Shown here piece after piece: positions 35,770-45,627 of a stretch of DNA of 64,000 bases (positions are counted from its first letter, which is position 1; each line of letters starts with the position of its first letter). The notes under the pieces are model-generated. The model was not told the DNA's origin and made no database searches. It saw only the letters and a program-made list of their open reading frames with translations. Source of the stretch: a virus. The stretch lies in the IMG/VR virus record IMGVR_UViG_3300032053_011398. One strand, written 5' to 3'. A program made the translations under genes and the position numbers.

Positions 35770-38430
35770 TTATTCAGCTCCGCTTGGAACGGGCATGGGA
35801 CGTTTGCCCGGTCGAAATTCTTCTTCACCCGCAAGTTTGTCCTCCTCGCCGCCTTCACCTGGCTCCAGCTCGCCTTCTTCGGGAATCTCCGGGGCCTCGC
35901 CGCCCTCAGCAGCTTCATCAGCTACCAGGTCAGCCAATAGGTCGCGGATTTCGCGCAAAAGGCTGACAGCCACGTTGTCCTGGGTGGACGCGCCAACCGC
36001 ACTGTCCGATACCGGTGGTTCCATCGGCATGTCGGCCCCGGATGGCGAGGGCATATCGCCCACATCACCCGCAGAGTCCAGCCCGCCCAGCTCGTCGCCC
36101 ATCTCGTCGCCCATCTCGACTACGAGCTTATAGGCGTTCTTTACGACTTTGATCTCTTGTAACGTCAGCAGCGTTTTCATGTTCGTCATACTATCTACTC
36201 CTTCAGTCTTGAGGAACCTGCGACCGAGAAATTGGCCCGGCGTAAGTCCTTTGATCTCGCCTGGAGCAGCCGCTTTCTTGGCAGGTTTCTCGGCAGCCTT
36301 GGCAGGCTTGATTGGGATTTTCTTTACTGGGGCAGCCGGAGGCAATTCGCGCCTGCGCTGTCCTGGCGGCGGCGGCGCGGGGGCCGGAGCCTTGGGGCCT
36401 TTGGGAGCTTGCGGGGCTTTCGGGGCGGCGGGCGCTTTGCCGTATTTGGCTTTGAGTTCCTGGGGCGAAGGCGGTGGTCTTATCCACGGTTCCATCGGTA
36501 TTCCAGTGAGTTCCGGGGGCATGACTGCGGCCAGTTTGCTGGCCAGCCGATTCTGGCGCTGAGGCGGCAACCCGATATTGCGGCGGGCTTTCGCAGCAGC
36601 AATCTTGGCGTCGCGCTCGCGGGCTGCGGCCATCTCCGCATCGAAATTGATCCAGCGTTTGGTAGCATGTTTGGTGAGCCTATCCAGGCGATCCGAAGGC
36701 CCCATGTCCTCCGGGAAACCGGACAGCAGGCCATAAATGAAATCCCGCGTGGCTAGAATATGTTTACAAAGTCCAGGTATGCCCTGCGGGTTGGTCTTTC
36801 TGGGGGCGCGGCTGATGCACTGGTTGAGTGAATTCTTGCCGATGGGGCCAGCCTTCTTCTGGTGGTTGGCCCAAGCCCAGCGGTAACGATAGTCCGGGCA
36901 GTTATGAACGGCAACGCCATGAACGATGAACGACTCGTCCTCCTCTACGGCCAAGTCGTAAACTTCACCAGTGTATTCGACTTTCTCTCGCTTGAGCAGG
37001 GTTTTCAACTGGCCTTCGTCGCGGACGTAATCGGCACAGTGAAAAACGCCGGAACCAGGTGAAAACTTGTCCTTTTCTCGGAGATGCGGCCAGAGCCATT
37101 TTCTAACTTCATCCGCTGAACCTCCTCCCGGCACTACAACTTGATAACTGCGCTGCTTGCTTGCTTTTGCCTCTGTGTGAATTGAAACAGAGTGTCTTAC
37201 CCCCAGGCGGCTCAGTATGCAGCTCATTTGGCTAGCCAGCGCAAAACTCGTAGAGATGTATTTCATTCCCCGGCTTGGATAAATCCAACCGTCGCCCAAC
37301 ATAGCACCGATAAAAACCTCTTTTAGCGCCGCGTTGTCAAACCCCATGATTTCCGGTGAAAATCGTTTTGAGTTCGATCCCCGGCCAACGTGCGCCAGGC
37401 ACTCGTCGCGTAGCTTGCGGCTGCGAATGATTACGGACAACCATTTTTGCTTTTTGTAGCTCCGATTTTTGATCTCTGCCGGGTAACCAAGCTTGGCACA
37501 CAATCCCAAAATATCAGCAGCAATAGTTTCTTTTTCGTTGGTATTGAGTGTAAGAAAAACGCAGGCGCTTCGCGCTGGAACATGACCCTCGGCGGCGTAA
37601 TAACCAAGGAGTCGGGCAAAAGCCAGGTCCACGCTGATTTTGCCCTCTTCTAACCAAGGCAGCAGGAACCACTCCTGCGGCCTGAAATCATCTACTTTAA
37701 TCCACTCGAAGTGCCCAGGATCATTTTCCAGGACTGTGCCTTTGGCCCAGTGCCCTTGCCGATATTTCTTGGACAAAATTAAGTTGGGGCTAAAGAGCCG
37801 ATTTGCGGTTTTAAACCCACCAGCACCATCCTCGAACAAAGATTGGCCGCACCCGCACAAACACTTTTCATTGCCGCGCAAAACATAAAACGGATGGTTG
37901 CCTGTAGCGATCAACTCGCCTAGAAATCCAACAACCTTAATTTTGTAAACATTCTCATCTTGTTTGACCAACCGTGGAACATTTCCAAGCACGCGCCTAA
38001 TTCTGCCCCGGTGCGTATAAACGGAATCACCCTTCTTGATTTCACGGATGGGTTTATAGGTGCCATCACCCAGCATAACCAAGGTTTCAGGCGCAAAGCA
38101 CATACAGTCAACTTCTACCGGAAGCTGGGAGAGCGGCGTATTTTTGCCCTTGTGCCCGCGTTTGGGCTTGAGGAATCGAACAAAGCCCCGGTGTCGCAGG
38201 CCGGTGGTCGAATGGCCGGGCGCGGACTTGGCATTAAAATAATAGGAAAAAACCCAGTGGTTGGCTGTCTGATACGCCTCGACTTCCATCGGAGGAATGC
38301 GGACGTAATGCGACCGAACGAACCGCTTCGGCTCGGACATCCGGTAAAGCTGGTCGTAGGTCAGGTATTCCTGGATCATTTCCAAGCTCTCGGCCACTTC
38401 CAGCAGTTTTTTGAATCGCATTCCGCGCAT
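35770..38430 (-). CDS. SWIM-type zinc-finger protein interrupted by an intein
   Basis: Spliced extein reads VDCM|CPDYRYRWAW...TNPQGIPGLCKHI (CxC...CxH). Pro/Lys-rich linker and acidic C-terminus. Confidence 0.75.
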   Translation of the reverse strand: MRGMRFKKLLEVAESLEMIQEYLTYDQLYRMSEPKRFVRSHYVRIPPMEVEAYQTANHWVFSYYFNAKSAPGHSTTGLRHRGFVRFLKPKRGHKGKNTPLSQLPVEVDCMCFAPETLVMLGDGTYKPIREIKKGDSVYTHRGRIRRVLGNVPRLVKQDENVYKIKVVGFLGELIATGNHPFYVLRGNEKCLCGCGQSLFEDGAGGFKTANRLFSPNLILSKKYRQGHWAKGTVLENDPGHFEWIKVDDFRPQEWFLLPWLEEGKISVDLAFARLLGYYAAEGHVPARSACVFLTLNTNEKETIAADILGLCAKLGYPAEIKNRSYKKQKWLSVIIRSRKLRDECLAHVGRGSNSKRFSPEIMGFDNAALKEVFIGAMLGDGWIYPSRGMKYISTSFALASQMSCILSRLGVRHSVSIHTEAKASKQRSYQVVVPGGGSADEVRKWLWPHLREKDKFSPGSGVFHCADYVRDEGQLKTLLKREKVEYTGEVYDLAVEEDESFIVHGVAVHNCPDYRYRWAWANHQKKAGPIGKNSLNQCISRAPRKTNPQGIPGLCKHILATRDFIYGLLSGFPEDMGPSDRLDRLTKHATKRWINFDAEMAAARERDAKIAAAKARRNIGLPPQRQNRLASKLAAVMPPELTGIPMEPWIRPPPSPQELKAKYGKAPAAPKAPQAPKGPKAPAPAPPPPGQRRRELPPAAPVKKIPIKPAKAAEKPAKKAAAPGEIKGLTPGQFLGRRFLKTEGVDSMTNMKTLLTLQEIKVVKNAYKLVVEMGDEMGDELGGLDSAGDVGDMPSPSGADMPMEPPVSDSAVGASTQDNVAVSLLREIRDLLADLVADEAAEGGEAPEIPEEGELEPGEGGEEDKLAGEEEFRPGKRPMPVPSGAE
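36901..38100 (-). mobile_element. Intein with LAGLIDADG homing endonuclease (400 aa)
   Basis: Starts CFAPETLV. Block B TGNHPF, LLGYYAAEG and FIGAMLGDG. Ends VYDLAVEEDESFIVHGVAVHN followed by Cys+1. Confidence 0.95.
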
Positions 38431-38436
38431 ATCAAG

Positions 38437-38988
38437 TCATGGGCGGAGAGGACTCTTTTTGCCAGTCAGGTAGTCCATCTCCCCCGAAGAAAGGGCATCA
38501 GGGTGCTGCCATTTCGCCGCTATTTCCGTTTTTGACAGCCGCCTGGGCGACTGTTCGGGCTTTTCGCCATACACAACCTCCTTGGCCGGGGCGGGCTGAG
38601 GTGTGTCGAAGACGTTTTTGGCCCACAAAACGATGTCGCCAGGCATGAACTGCAAAAATGAGCGTAGCCGGTCCACATAGAGCGATGGAAGATTATTCCG
38701 GTATTGGGCGCTGATGACGGTCTTGTTGCCCTCGTGGTCGGTCATGCCGATAACCATGCCGTAATTAGTAACATATTCATTGACAGCAGTATCCGGGTGC
38801 TCGAAGACCATCGCAGGAAATGCCCGACCCGTGAAGGAAGACAGCGCCTTCAAGAGCGCGGCAAAGACATAGGTCTCGCCACGATCTTCAAAAAACAAGC
38901 CGCTGTTGGGAGTAATCCGAGGAATGTAGAATACTCCCCGTGATGACATCACGGGAGCCGGTTTTTTCTTTTTTCCACAGCCAAGCAC
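38437..38988 (-). CDS. Hypothetical protein
   Basis: 183-aa ORF with GTAATTA upstream. Confidence 0.55.
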   Translation of the reverse strand: MLGCGKKKKPAPVMSSRGVFYIPRITPNSGLFFEDRGETYVFAALLKALSSFTGRAFPAMVFEHPDTAVNEYVTNYGMVIGMTDHEGNKTVISAQYRNNLPSLYVDRLRSFLQFMPGDIVLWAKNVFDTPQPAPAKEVVYGEKPEQSPRRLSKTEIAAKWQHPDALSSGEMDYLTGKKSPLRP

Positions 38989-39012
38989 ACCCTAATTACG
39001 TTCTCTCTGGCA

Positions 39013-40962
39013 ATGACCGACCTTCGGATCAAGCGGATACGGATGCGGAACTGGACGACCGTGCAATCGGCGGACATCAGCTTTCCCGACAAGGGCTTAG
39101 TTTTGGTCATCGGCTCGAATCTGGCCTCGGACGGCAAATTCCAAAGCGTCGGCTCCGGCAAGACGTGCCTGGGCGAAGCCCTAAGCCGCACACTCACCGG
39201 CGTCGCCGGGCGCTTCACTGAACTGGGCCATTATGCCGGGGACACTGCCAGCGTGCCGAATATGCTGGTCAAAGTTGACGCCGAATTGCTCGGAAAGCCC
39301 TTGACCGTGGAGATGGGCTTCAAATGCCCGGAGCTGTCCAAGACCGGCGAGGGCCTGCGGTTCATCTACGACGGCAAAACTACCCAACGGGGGCACGTTG
39401 ACCAAACCCGCGAGGAACTGTCCAAAACGATCCGGGTCACGCCAGAACTCGCGGAATGGACAGTCTTTCTTGATGGCGACAAACTCAAGTTCAACCGGAT
39501 GTCCCAGCAGAACTCCGTGAACCTGCTGATGACGGCCTTGGCCCAGCCGCCCTGGACGGAATACTTCGGTCGGGCGACCAAGGCGCTTCAGACTGGCCAA
39601 AGGCAGGTCGCCGTGGCCAACCAGGCGCTCCAAAGCGCCAAACTGCGCCGGGAGGGCCTGGAAGAAGACCTAGCCGATGCCAAGCAGGATCACGCCGACG
39701 CGGCAAAGGAATACCAGCGCCAGGTCGAGGAACTGGAAGACCGGATCAAGGAGTTGAAGCGCCAAAATGTAAACGACCGCAACTCCGTGATTGCTGCCGA
39801 GGAAGCTATCGGCAAGCTCAGGAAGAAGATCAAGTTGCTGGAGGAGCAAAACGCCGCTGCCGCGCACCAGCTCGACATCCAGCGCCAGGAACTCCGCGAC
39901 AAGTTGGCCGTGCTCGACGTGGCATGGCAGCGAGCCGTGGAAACCCGGTCCTCCCGCGATGCCTATGAGCAGCAAGTGCAGGAACGGCTGCACGAGATGC
40001 AGAAGATACCTAAGACCTGCCCGACTTGTGGCAAACCCTGGGATAAAGCCCTCAGCGAGATCGAGATGAAAAAGGCCGAGGCCGCGCTCAATCAGGCGAC
40101 CCTAGACTACCAGGCATCCGACAGGGCTTATCTCGCCATCAAAACCAAACGCGATGGCGTCAAGACTTCGATAAAAGAAATCGAGGAGCAGATGGACGCC
40201 GAGACCCACCTGGACGACGCCAGAGAATTGGGAGAACAGGTCACCGGCAACGAGCGCGTGATCCGCAACGTGGGCGCTTGCATCCAGGCCCGCGAGGTCA
40301 AAATCGCGTCCCTGGGCAACGGCATTGACGCCAGTTTTGTAAACAAAAAATCTGCTGTGGTGCAAGAACGCCAGCGGGCGCTGGAGGCTGAGCAGAAAGC
40401 CATCGAGATGGCAGCCGCCGATCTGGCTGGGGAGGAGGAAGTTTTCAAGGTGCTCGCATACTGGCATCGTGCTTTCGGGCCGACTGGCATCCCTAACATG
40501 GTCTTGGCCGACGCTATCGCTCCCTTGAACCGCGTGGCCCAGCGCATCTCGAACATGATGACCGGAGGCACGCTCCAAGTCAGTTACTCGACCAAGCGCG
40601 AACTGGCCAGCGGCGACAATAAAGCCCAGCTCATTATCAAGGTCGAAAACCGAATCGGCAGCAAGCGCCTGGAAGGAAGCTCCAAGGGCGAGGCGGGCCT
40701 GACCAACCTCATCATCGCCGAGAACCTGTCAGAGATCGGTCAAGTCTCCAGCCGGGTGGGCTTTCGCTGGTATGACGAAATCACCAGCGGCCAGGATGCG
40801 GTCGTGCGCCGGAGCATCTTCTCTTACTTGAGGGAAGTGAGCCATCGTCTGGGCATTCTGATCTTCGTCGTCGATCACCACGTCGAAGCGGCCAGCTACG
40901 CGGATTTCGTGCTGATCGCTGAAAAGATCAAAGGCGAAGGCACGCGCTTTTTCTGGCGCTAA
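39013..40962 (+). CDS. Rad50/SbcC-like ATPase (T4 gp46-like)
   Basis: Walker A GSGKT, coiled coil with CPTC zinc hook, signature SSKGE, Walker B WYDE and H-loop VVDH. Confidence 0.9.
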   Translation: MTDLRIKRIRMRNWTTVQSADISFPDKGLVLVIGSNLASDGKFQSVGSGKTCLGEALSRTLTGVAGRFTELGHYAGDTASVPNMLVKVDAELLGKPLTVEMGFKCPELSKTGEGLRFIYDGKTTQRGHVDQTREELSKTIRVTPELAEWTVFLDGDKLKFNRMSQQNSVNLLMTALAQPPWTEYFGRATKALQTGQRQVAVANQALQSAKLRREGLEEDLADAKQDHADAAKEYQRQVEELEDRIKELKRQNVNDRNSVIAAEEAIGKLRKKIKLLEEQNAAAAHQLDIQRQELRDKLAVLDVAWQRAVETRSSRDAYEQQVQERLHEMQKIPKTCPTCGKPWDKALSEIEMKKAEAALNQATLDYQASDRAYLAIKTKRDGVKTSIKEIEEQMDAETHLDDARELGEQVTGNERVIRNVGACIQAREVKIASLGNGIDASFVNKKSAVVQERQRALEAEQKAIEMAAADLAGEEEVFKVLAYWHRAFGPTGIPNMVLADAIAPLNRVAQRISNMMTGGTLQVSYSTKRELASGDNKAQLIIKVENRIGSKRLEGSSKGEAGLTNLIIAENLSEIGQVSSRVGFRWYDEITSGQDAVVRRSIFSYLREVSHRLGILIFVVDHHVEAASYADFVLIAEKIKGEGTRFFWR

Positions 40963-41040
40963 GTGCAAGTGGACGAACTCGACATCCTGTTTTCTTTCAA
41001 GCTCCATTCACCAGCCGCCTGACACACCGTGAAACTGGTG

Positions 41041-42018
41041 CTACGTCAATGGCACCCACAGTGGCGTGGACGGCGGAATGGTAGTGGGCGTCCACACCGG
41101 CGAGAGCGAGAGCGGCGGAGCGGGGGGCGGCGGGGGCGGCGGGGGTGGGCTGAACCCCTGGTAGCTACGCTCGGAAATTAGTGACAATTGGCGAGTGTTA
41201 TACAGCGTGTCTTTCACGTCGTGCGCAAAAGCCTGGGCCTGCGTGCTATTCTTTTCAATCGTGCTGGTCGAAATCGAGAAGTTGTTGCCGTAGCCTGGAA
41301 CATGGACAAAAGTAAAATCGAAGTCCGCCGACGTGGGCAAATTGCAAGATCGGTCAGGACCGCGCAACCAGGGGCCATTCAACTTAACCTTTACGTCTTT
41401 CAAATAACCAGTGCAAACGATGCCCGGTCCAGTATCTTCCGTGAAGATCAGTTCCAATCTCAATGTCACCGGCGGATTGAAGTCGGATTTGGAATGGGAA
41501 GAGACATTGTAGGGCACATCGCTGTCCTGGCCCCGGCTGGCCAGATCATCGGTGCTGCCCCCAGGTTCATTTTTATTTTTATTTTTATCTTTATCTTTAT
41601 CTTTTGGGTCTGGTCTCCTCTCCGCCGCAGTGATGTCCATTTTCGTAGCCTGGCCAGACACGGAAATTGGCAGAACCATCGCGTGCAAGAGCGCGGCCAG
41701 TTCCAGCAGGGACTTGGCTCCCTTGGGGCAAAAATCTTTGTCGAAGGACTGGAGTTTGAAAGAAAAGGGGATGGTTAACGGGTTCGTCCACTTATATTGA
41801 TGAATACCATCCGGCATGACTGGGCTGTTGACCACCAAGTATTCGACGCTGCGGGCCAGCTCGATAGAGTCCGGCATGGCCGGAAAGTTGATCCCTGGGA
41901 AGGAGCTAAGACCGGCAAACGGATCGTAGCCCGTCGTCCGCCCCGTCTCCAACACAAACAGCCTGCCGCAATAAGGATAGCTGCTCTGGCGCAGGAGCGA
42001 TGTAGTCGGAGTAGCCAT
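41041..42018 (-). CDS. Baseplate/tube-like protein downstream of tape measure
   Basis: FPAMPDSIE...IPFSFKL...PPVTLRL...GYLKDVKV...LPTSADFDFTF resembles a contractile-system tube-initiator N-domain. Confidence 0.6.
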   Translation of the reverse strand: MATPTTSLLRQSSYPYCGRLFVLETGRTTGYDPFAGLSSFPGINFPAMPDSIELARSVEYLVVNSPVMPDGIHQYKWTNPLTIPFSFKLQSFDKDFCPKGAKSLLELAALLHAMVLPISVSGQATKMDITAAERRPDPKDKDKDKNKNKNEPGGSTDDLASRGQDSDVPYNVSSHSKSDFNPPVTLRLELIFTEDTGPGIVCTGYLKDVKVKLNGPWLRGPDRSCNLPTSADFDFTFVHVPGYGNNFSISTSTIEKNSTQAQAFAHDVKDTLYNTRQLSLISERSYQGFSPPPPPPPPPAPPLSLSPVWTPTTIPPSTPLWVPLT

Positions 42019-42021
42019 AAA

Positions 42022-44517
42022 CTACGGTGAAATTGCCCACATGCTTGCGCTGGTTTTGATGTTTGTCCCCGGATTCACCATTAACTTGCGGTGCGTGGTC
42101 TCCTGGAACGCTATTATGAACTCATCCCGCCTCCGTTGAGCTTCTTCTTGCTTACGGTCGGCATTGGCCTTTGCAAGCGTATCTTTAATACTGAGTTGGG
42201 CACCGACGCCCTGCTTGCTAAGCTCAATTGACTTACGATCCTTCTCCGCCGTTTGAGCCTCCGCCGATGTGACAGAAGCCAGACCCATCCGCTCACGCGC
42301 CTCAGCCGTTGCGGGCAGGACGATAGCTTTGTATGCGGCGGCAGCCGCCTCTGTAGTCAATCCTCTAACCTTGCCGATATTTTGTTCCCAAATGCTCTGA
42401 ATGGTATCCTCTTTTCCCGTGTAGATCGCCTGCCGGATTTCAGCAGCCACTTCCTGCCAGCTCTTAGTGCCCTCCCTGGATTTGCCTACGATGGCGGCAG
42501 ATTTTGCGTTGGCTTTGGCATACCAAGCCTCCCCTATTTTCTCGGAAAGCGCCGCGATCCAGTTACCGGGAAACTTTTTATCATACCAGCGGCCCACGGC
42601 ATGGCTTGCGGCCCAGGCGGCGGCAACTGCCGCAACCGGCCCCATCACGCCGAGACGGCCAACCAAACCCCATATCCGCGTGTTCAAACCGGACGTAAGA
42701 GTATTCAGTTTGCCGAGACCTAAAACCCCGCTGTATTGAGTTTGGAACATTTTCGGCAGCCAGTTGCCAAGAAAGCCGCTGACTTTCGGCAAATGCGCAG
42801 CGACCGTTTTGCTGAGCAGGCTAAAACCAGTCCATTTGCTGACAAAACCGCTAAAGCCTTGAATCGCCTTGCCATAGGCAGCCTGTGCCGCCAATGACTT
42901 CGGCAGACCACCTACCCCACCCAATCCTCCGCGAGCAGCTTCCGCGATGGATGCCGCTGTGGCATTCTTGGCGACTTGTTTTAGCGCCAAGTAAAGCGCC
43001 CTTAGCGACCAAACCGCTTTGCCAATCACCGCTGGAAGGATAACAGCCGCAGCCCACATGGCATATTTATTCTCGGCGATAGAGGAGACGATTTTGGCGA
43101 TCCACTTGAGGGCTATGGACAAATATTCAATCCACGGGGTCAGCCCGCGCTGAATAAGCGCGAACAACGAATTTTTAATGAGGCCCAAAGACTTGTTGGC
43201 GTTGGCAATTTGTTCCTGCCAACGCGCCTGCAATTTCTGCTGTTCGTTCAACGGCTCATTGGCCTTGGCCATCATGTCCCGCCAATATGTGATCGCTTCG
43301 GCGCTGGTGCCGAACATCTGCGCGGCAGTTTCGAGCTGCGCGGTATAGGCCGCGCTGCCGGGGGCCGCACTGACGATGGACTTAATAATCCGGTCGATGC
43401 CCTCCATAGCTTGCTGTGCCCCTGCCTGGGTTCTAAGAGTGCCCGGAGCACCGACGCCAGCGAGGCCGCGAAGCATGAAGCCCTGGGCCGTCCCCTTGGT
43501 CATCTCACCAAACATCTTGACGACATCCTCGGCATTGCCGCCCACGTCCTTCATGCGGCCAGCCATCATCGCCACATAACCGGTAGCTTTTGACGTATTT
43601 CCTTCCAGCGGGCCAAGCAGCCGCAGGGCCTTGCCGATCTCTACGGCATAGCGCGTGGCTTCGTCTGCCATCAGAGAGGTCTGGTTGGCGATGGCCGCGA
43701 TCTGGTCGGCGACCTCGCGCACCGGAGTCTTCAAGCTGACTTCAAAAATCCGGGCGAGTTGGGCCGAGTTCTCGTAGGAGACGCCCAAGCCCTCCTCCAT
43801 CTCGACCATGACCTCCAGCGTGTCCTTGAAATTCTTCCGCAGATCGAAGCCGACACCTGTGAGCGCCTTGGCGGCAGCCAGCATCTCCGCCTGCGCATTG
43901 CCGGTCTTGGCCATGACCTCCCATACGTCGCGGGATAACTGCGCCCGGACAGAGGTCGCGCTGTTAGCTTCGATGAGCGATTGGTTCAGTGCGCCACTGC
44001 GCCTGATGGCGTCAGCAAAACCTTTGGCCACAGCGGCTTCGAGTGCCATTTCGACGCCTGACCATTTGGCATACTGCTGCTTGAAGCTGAGCAGCTTTTC
44101 GGCGAACGCCACTTCCTTTTCTGCCTGGTTTACCGCTTGCTTAGCCATATCAACAGCCTTCTGCTGATGCGGAAATATCCCAGTATATGTCGTGGTAAAC
44201 TGATTCAGTTGTTTTTGCTGCTTATCCAGCTCTGAAGTAGCTCCAGCCAGCTTATCCCGGCTGGCGGCGAGTGCTGTATTCATCTCCTCGATAGGAGTAA
44301 CCAGGGCTTGCGAGCCAATCTGCATCCACTTCGGCAAGTTGATGGTGCTCAGCAGTGTTTCCCTCATGCTGCGGTTATGGCCGCGAAGCTGTTGACCGAA
44401 CTCGGAAAAATTCTTAGCGATGCCCTTGGTCGAGTTTACCATCTTGTCCAGATTTTCCGTCGTCATCCGCACCAGATGCGCGACTGTTTCCAGTTCACGT
44501 TGTTCGTTCGAGGCCAT
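42022..44517 (-). CDS. Tape measure protein
   Basis: 831 aa, Ala-rich, helical/coiled-coil with hydrophobic segments, in a tail-gene context. Confidence 0.75.
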   Translation of the reverse strand: MASNEQRELETVAHLVRMTTENLDKMVNSTKGIAKNFSEFGQQLRGHNRSMRETLLSTINLPKWMQIGSQALVTPIEEMNTALAASRDKLAGATSELDKQQKQLNQFTTTYTGIFPHQQKAVDMAKQAVNQAEKEVAFAEKLLSFKQQYAKWSGVEMALEAAVAKGFADAIRRSGALNQSLIEANSATSVRAQLSRDVWEVMAKTGNAQAEMLAAAKALTGVGFDLRKNFKDTLEVMVEMEEGLGVSYENSAQLARIFEVSLKTPVREVADQIAAIANQTSLMADEATRYAVEIGKALRLLGPLEGNTSKATGYVAMMAGRMKDVGGNAEDVVKMFGEMTKGTAQGFMLRGLAGVGAPGTLRTQAGAQQAMEGIDRIIKSIVSAAPGSAAYTAQLETAAQMFGTSAEAITYWRDMMAKANEPLNEQQKLQARWQEQIANANKSLGLIKNSLFALIQRGLTPWIEYLSIALKWIAKIVSSIAENKYAMWAAAVILPAVIGKAVWSLRALYLALKQVAKNATAASIAEAARGGLGGVGGLPKSLAAQAAYGKAIQGFSGFVSKWTGFSLLSKTVAAHLPKVSGFLGNWLPKMFQTQYSGVLGLGKLNTLTSGLNTRIWGLVGRLGVMGPVAAVAAAWAASHAVGRWYDKKFPGNWIAALSEKIGEAWYAKANAKSAAIVGKSREGTKSWQEVAAEIRQAIYTGKEDTIQSIWEQNIGKVRGLTTEAAAAAYKAIVLPATAEARERMGLASVTSAEAQTAEKDRKSIELSKQGVGAQLSIKDTLAKANADRKQEEAQRRRDEFIIAFQETTHRKLMVNPGTNIKTSASMWAISP

Positions 44518-44518
44518 A

Positions 44519-45073
44519 TCAAATCTTTGTAATCGTGCCGTTTTGGATTAAGTAGCGCCCCCATGAGGTCACGAATTCCGCGCCCACGGGCCACTGTCTT
44601 TCTTGGGCCAAAGTTTTCATGCGCTGGATGGCCCGCACCTGCTGCGCCCGGAAAGTCATGCCAAATGGAGTGTAAATCCTGTTGACGTATTTTCCTCCCA
44701 CGACCGGCGAAGGCACTTGAAAGTTCCACTCGATGTTGAGGTTATGGCCCGGCACGAGGTCATACCTGGAATAGACCTTGAACGCGGTCTGTTCCGAGGG
44801 ATGATACACGTCTTTGAAACCTATTCCTTCCTCCTCATCATCATCTTCCAGCACGATCCTGACAACCTCGGCTGCCCGCTCCTTGATCGCGTGCGGAACT
44901 TTTCCACCGGCATCGGTGTTCCTGAAGCCCGGCTTCAGGTGCTTTTGGTTGGTGAGGGTTGCCATCACGTTGATGAACTCCTGGGGCTGGCGCTTCATCG
45001 CCGCCAGACCTCTGCGCCGGGCGTAGGCTTTGGCCTCTAGCGGCAGGGGCAGCTCTTCTAGGTCATCACGCAT
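44519..45073 (-). CDS. Hypothetical protein (possible internal head protein)
   Basis: Contains PLE, IKE and VVRIVLEDD motifs. Confidence 0.55.
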   Translation of the reverse strand: MRDDLEELPLPLEAKAYARRRGLAAMKRQPQEFINVMATLTNQKHLKPGFRNTDAGGKVPHAIKERAAEVVRIVLEDDDEEEGIGFKDVYHPSEQTAFKVYSRYDLVPGHNLNIEWNFQVPSPVVGGKYVNRIYTPFGMTFRAQQVRAIQRMKTLAQERQWPVGAEFVTSWGRYLIQNGTITKI

Positions 45074-45462
45074 TATTGTCGCACGAGGCTGTGGGCCGCT
45101 GCCCGGATGGTCGTCAGGGCGTGCTGCTGCTCTGGCGATGGGTTGGTCAAACTGCTCTGGAGCCGCTTCAGCGCCGCCAGGATATTCCGAGCAACGGCAA
45201 CCTCGCGGCCTTCCAGGGCCGGGTCTTCGTGGTCTTCGGAAAGCAGCGTGGTGACGATGGCCGCGCCGATCTGTTGCAGGCTCTCGCCCTTCTTGGCAGG
45301 GAGACCTTTGTGCTTCGTCCCGGCGAACTTGGCCAGCTCGTCCTGGCTCATGCTGAGCATTTGCTTGGAAGCGCCAAACAACTCGCTTTTGGACTTTTCG
45401 CCCCTTTTCACAGCCAAGGCTGCGCCCGCCGCCCCTGCTTGAGCTTTGCTTAATGCTGGCAT
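45073..45462 (-). CDS. DUF3008-like protein with C-terminal extension
   Basis: MPALSKAQAGAAGAALAVKRGE...GASKQM...ELAKFAGTKHKGLP is the DUF3008 pattern. Confidence 0.7.
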   Translation of the reverse strand: MPALSKAQAGAAGAALAVKRGEKSKSELFGASKQMLSMSQDELAKFAGTKHKGLPAKKGESLQQIGAAIVTTLLSEDHEDPALEGREVAVARNILAALKRLQSSLTNPSPEQQHALTTIRAAAHSLVRQ

Positions 45463-45588
45463 ATATCGTTCAGTTTAAGCTAGTTACATCATAATATCTA
45501 CGCGCACAAACTGTCCTGGCGCACTCTGCCAATATAACTACCCCCTGCTGGGCACGAAAGAAGTGTAAACAAAAGTGCATCAACCCTC

Positions 45589-45617
45589 TTGACAGCAAAC
45601 TTTTTATAGTTTACAGT
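45589..45617 (+). promoter_or_regulatory. Sigma70-type early promoter
   Basis: TTGACA-N17-TACAGT. Confidence 0.75.
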
Positions 45618-45627
45618 TTTGACCAAA

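Noticed and set aside
18639-44517. Sheath/tube/spike cluster as a T6SS, eCIS or tailocin
   Set aside because: Portal, major capsid, prohead protease and replication genes in the same window show it is a phage.
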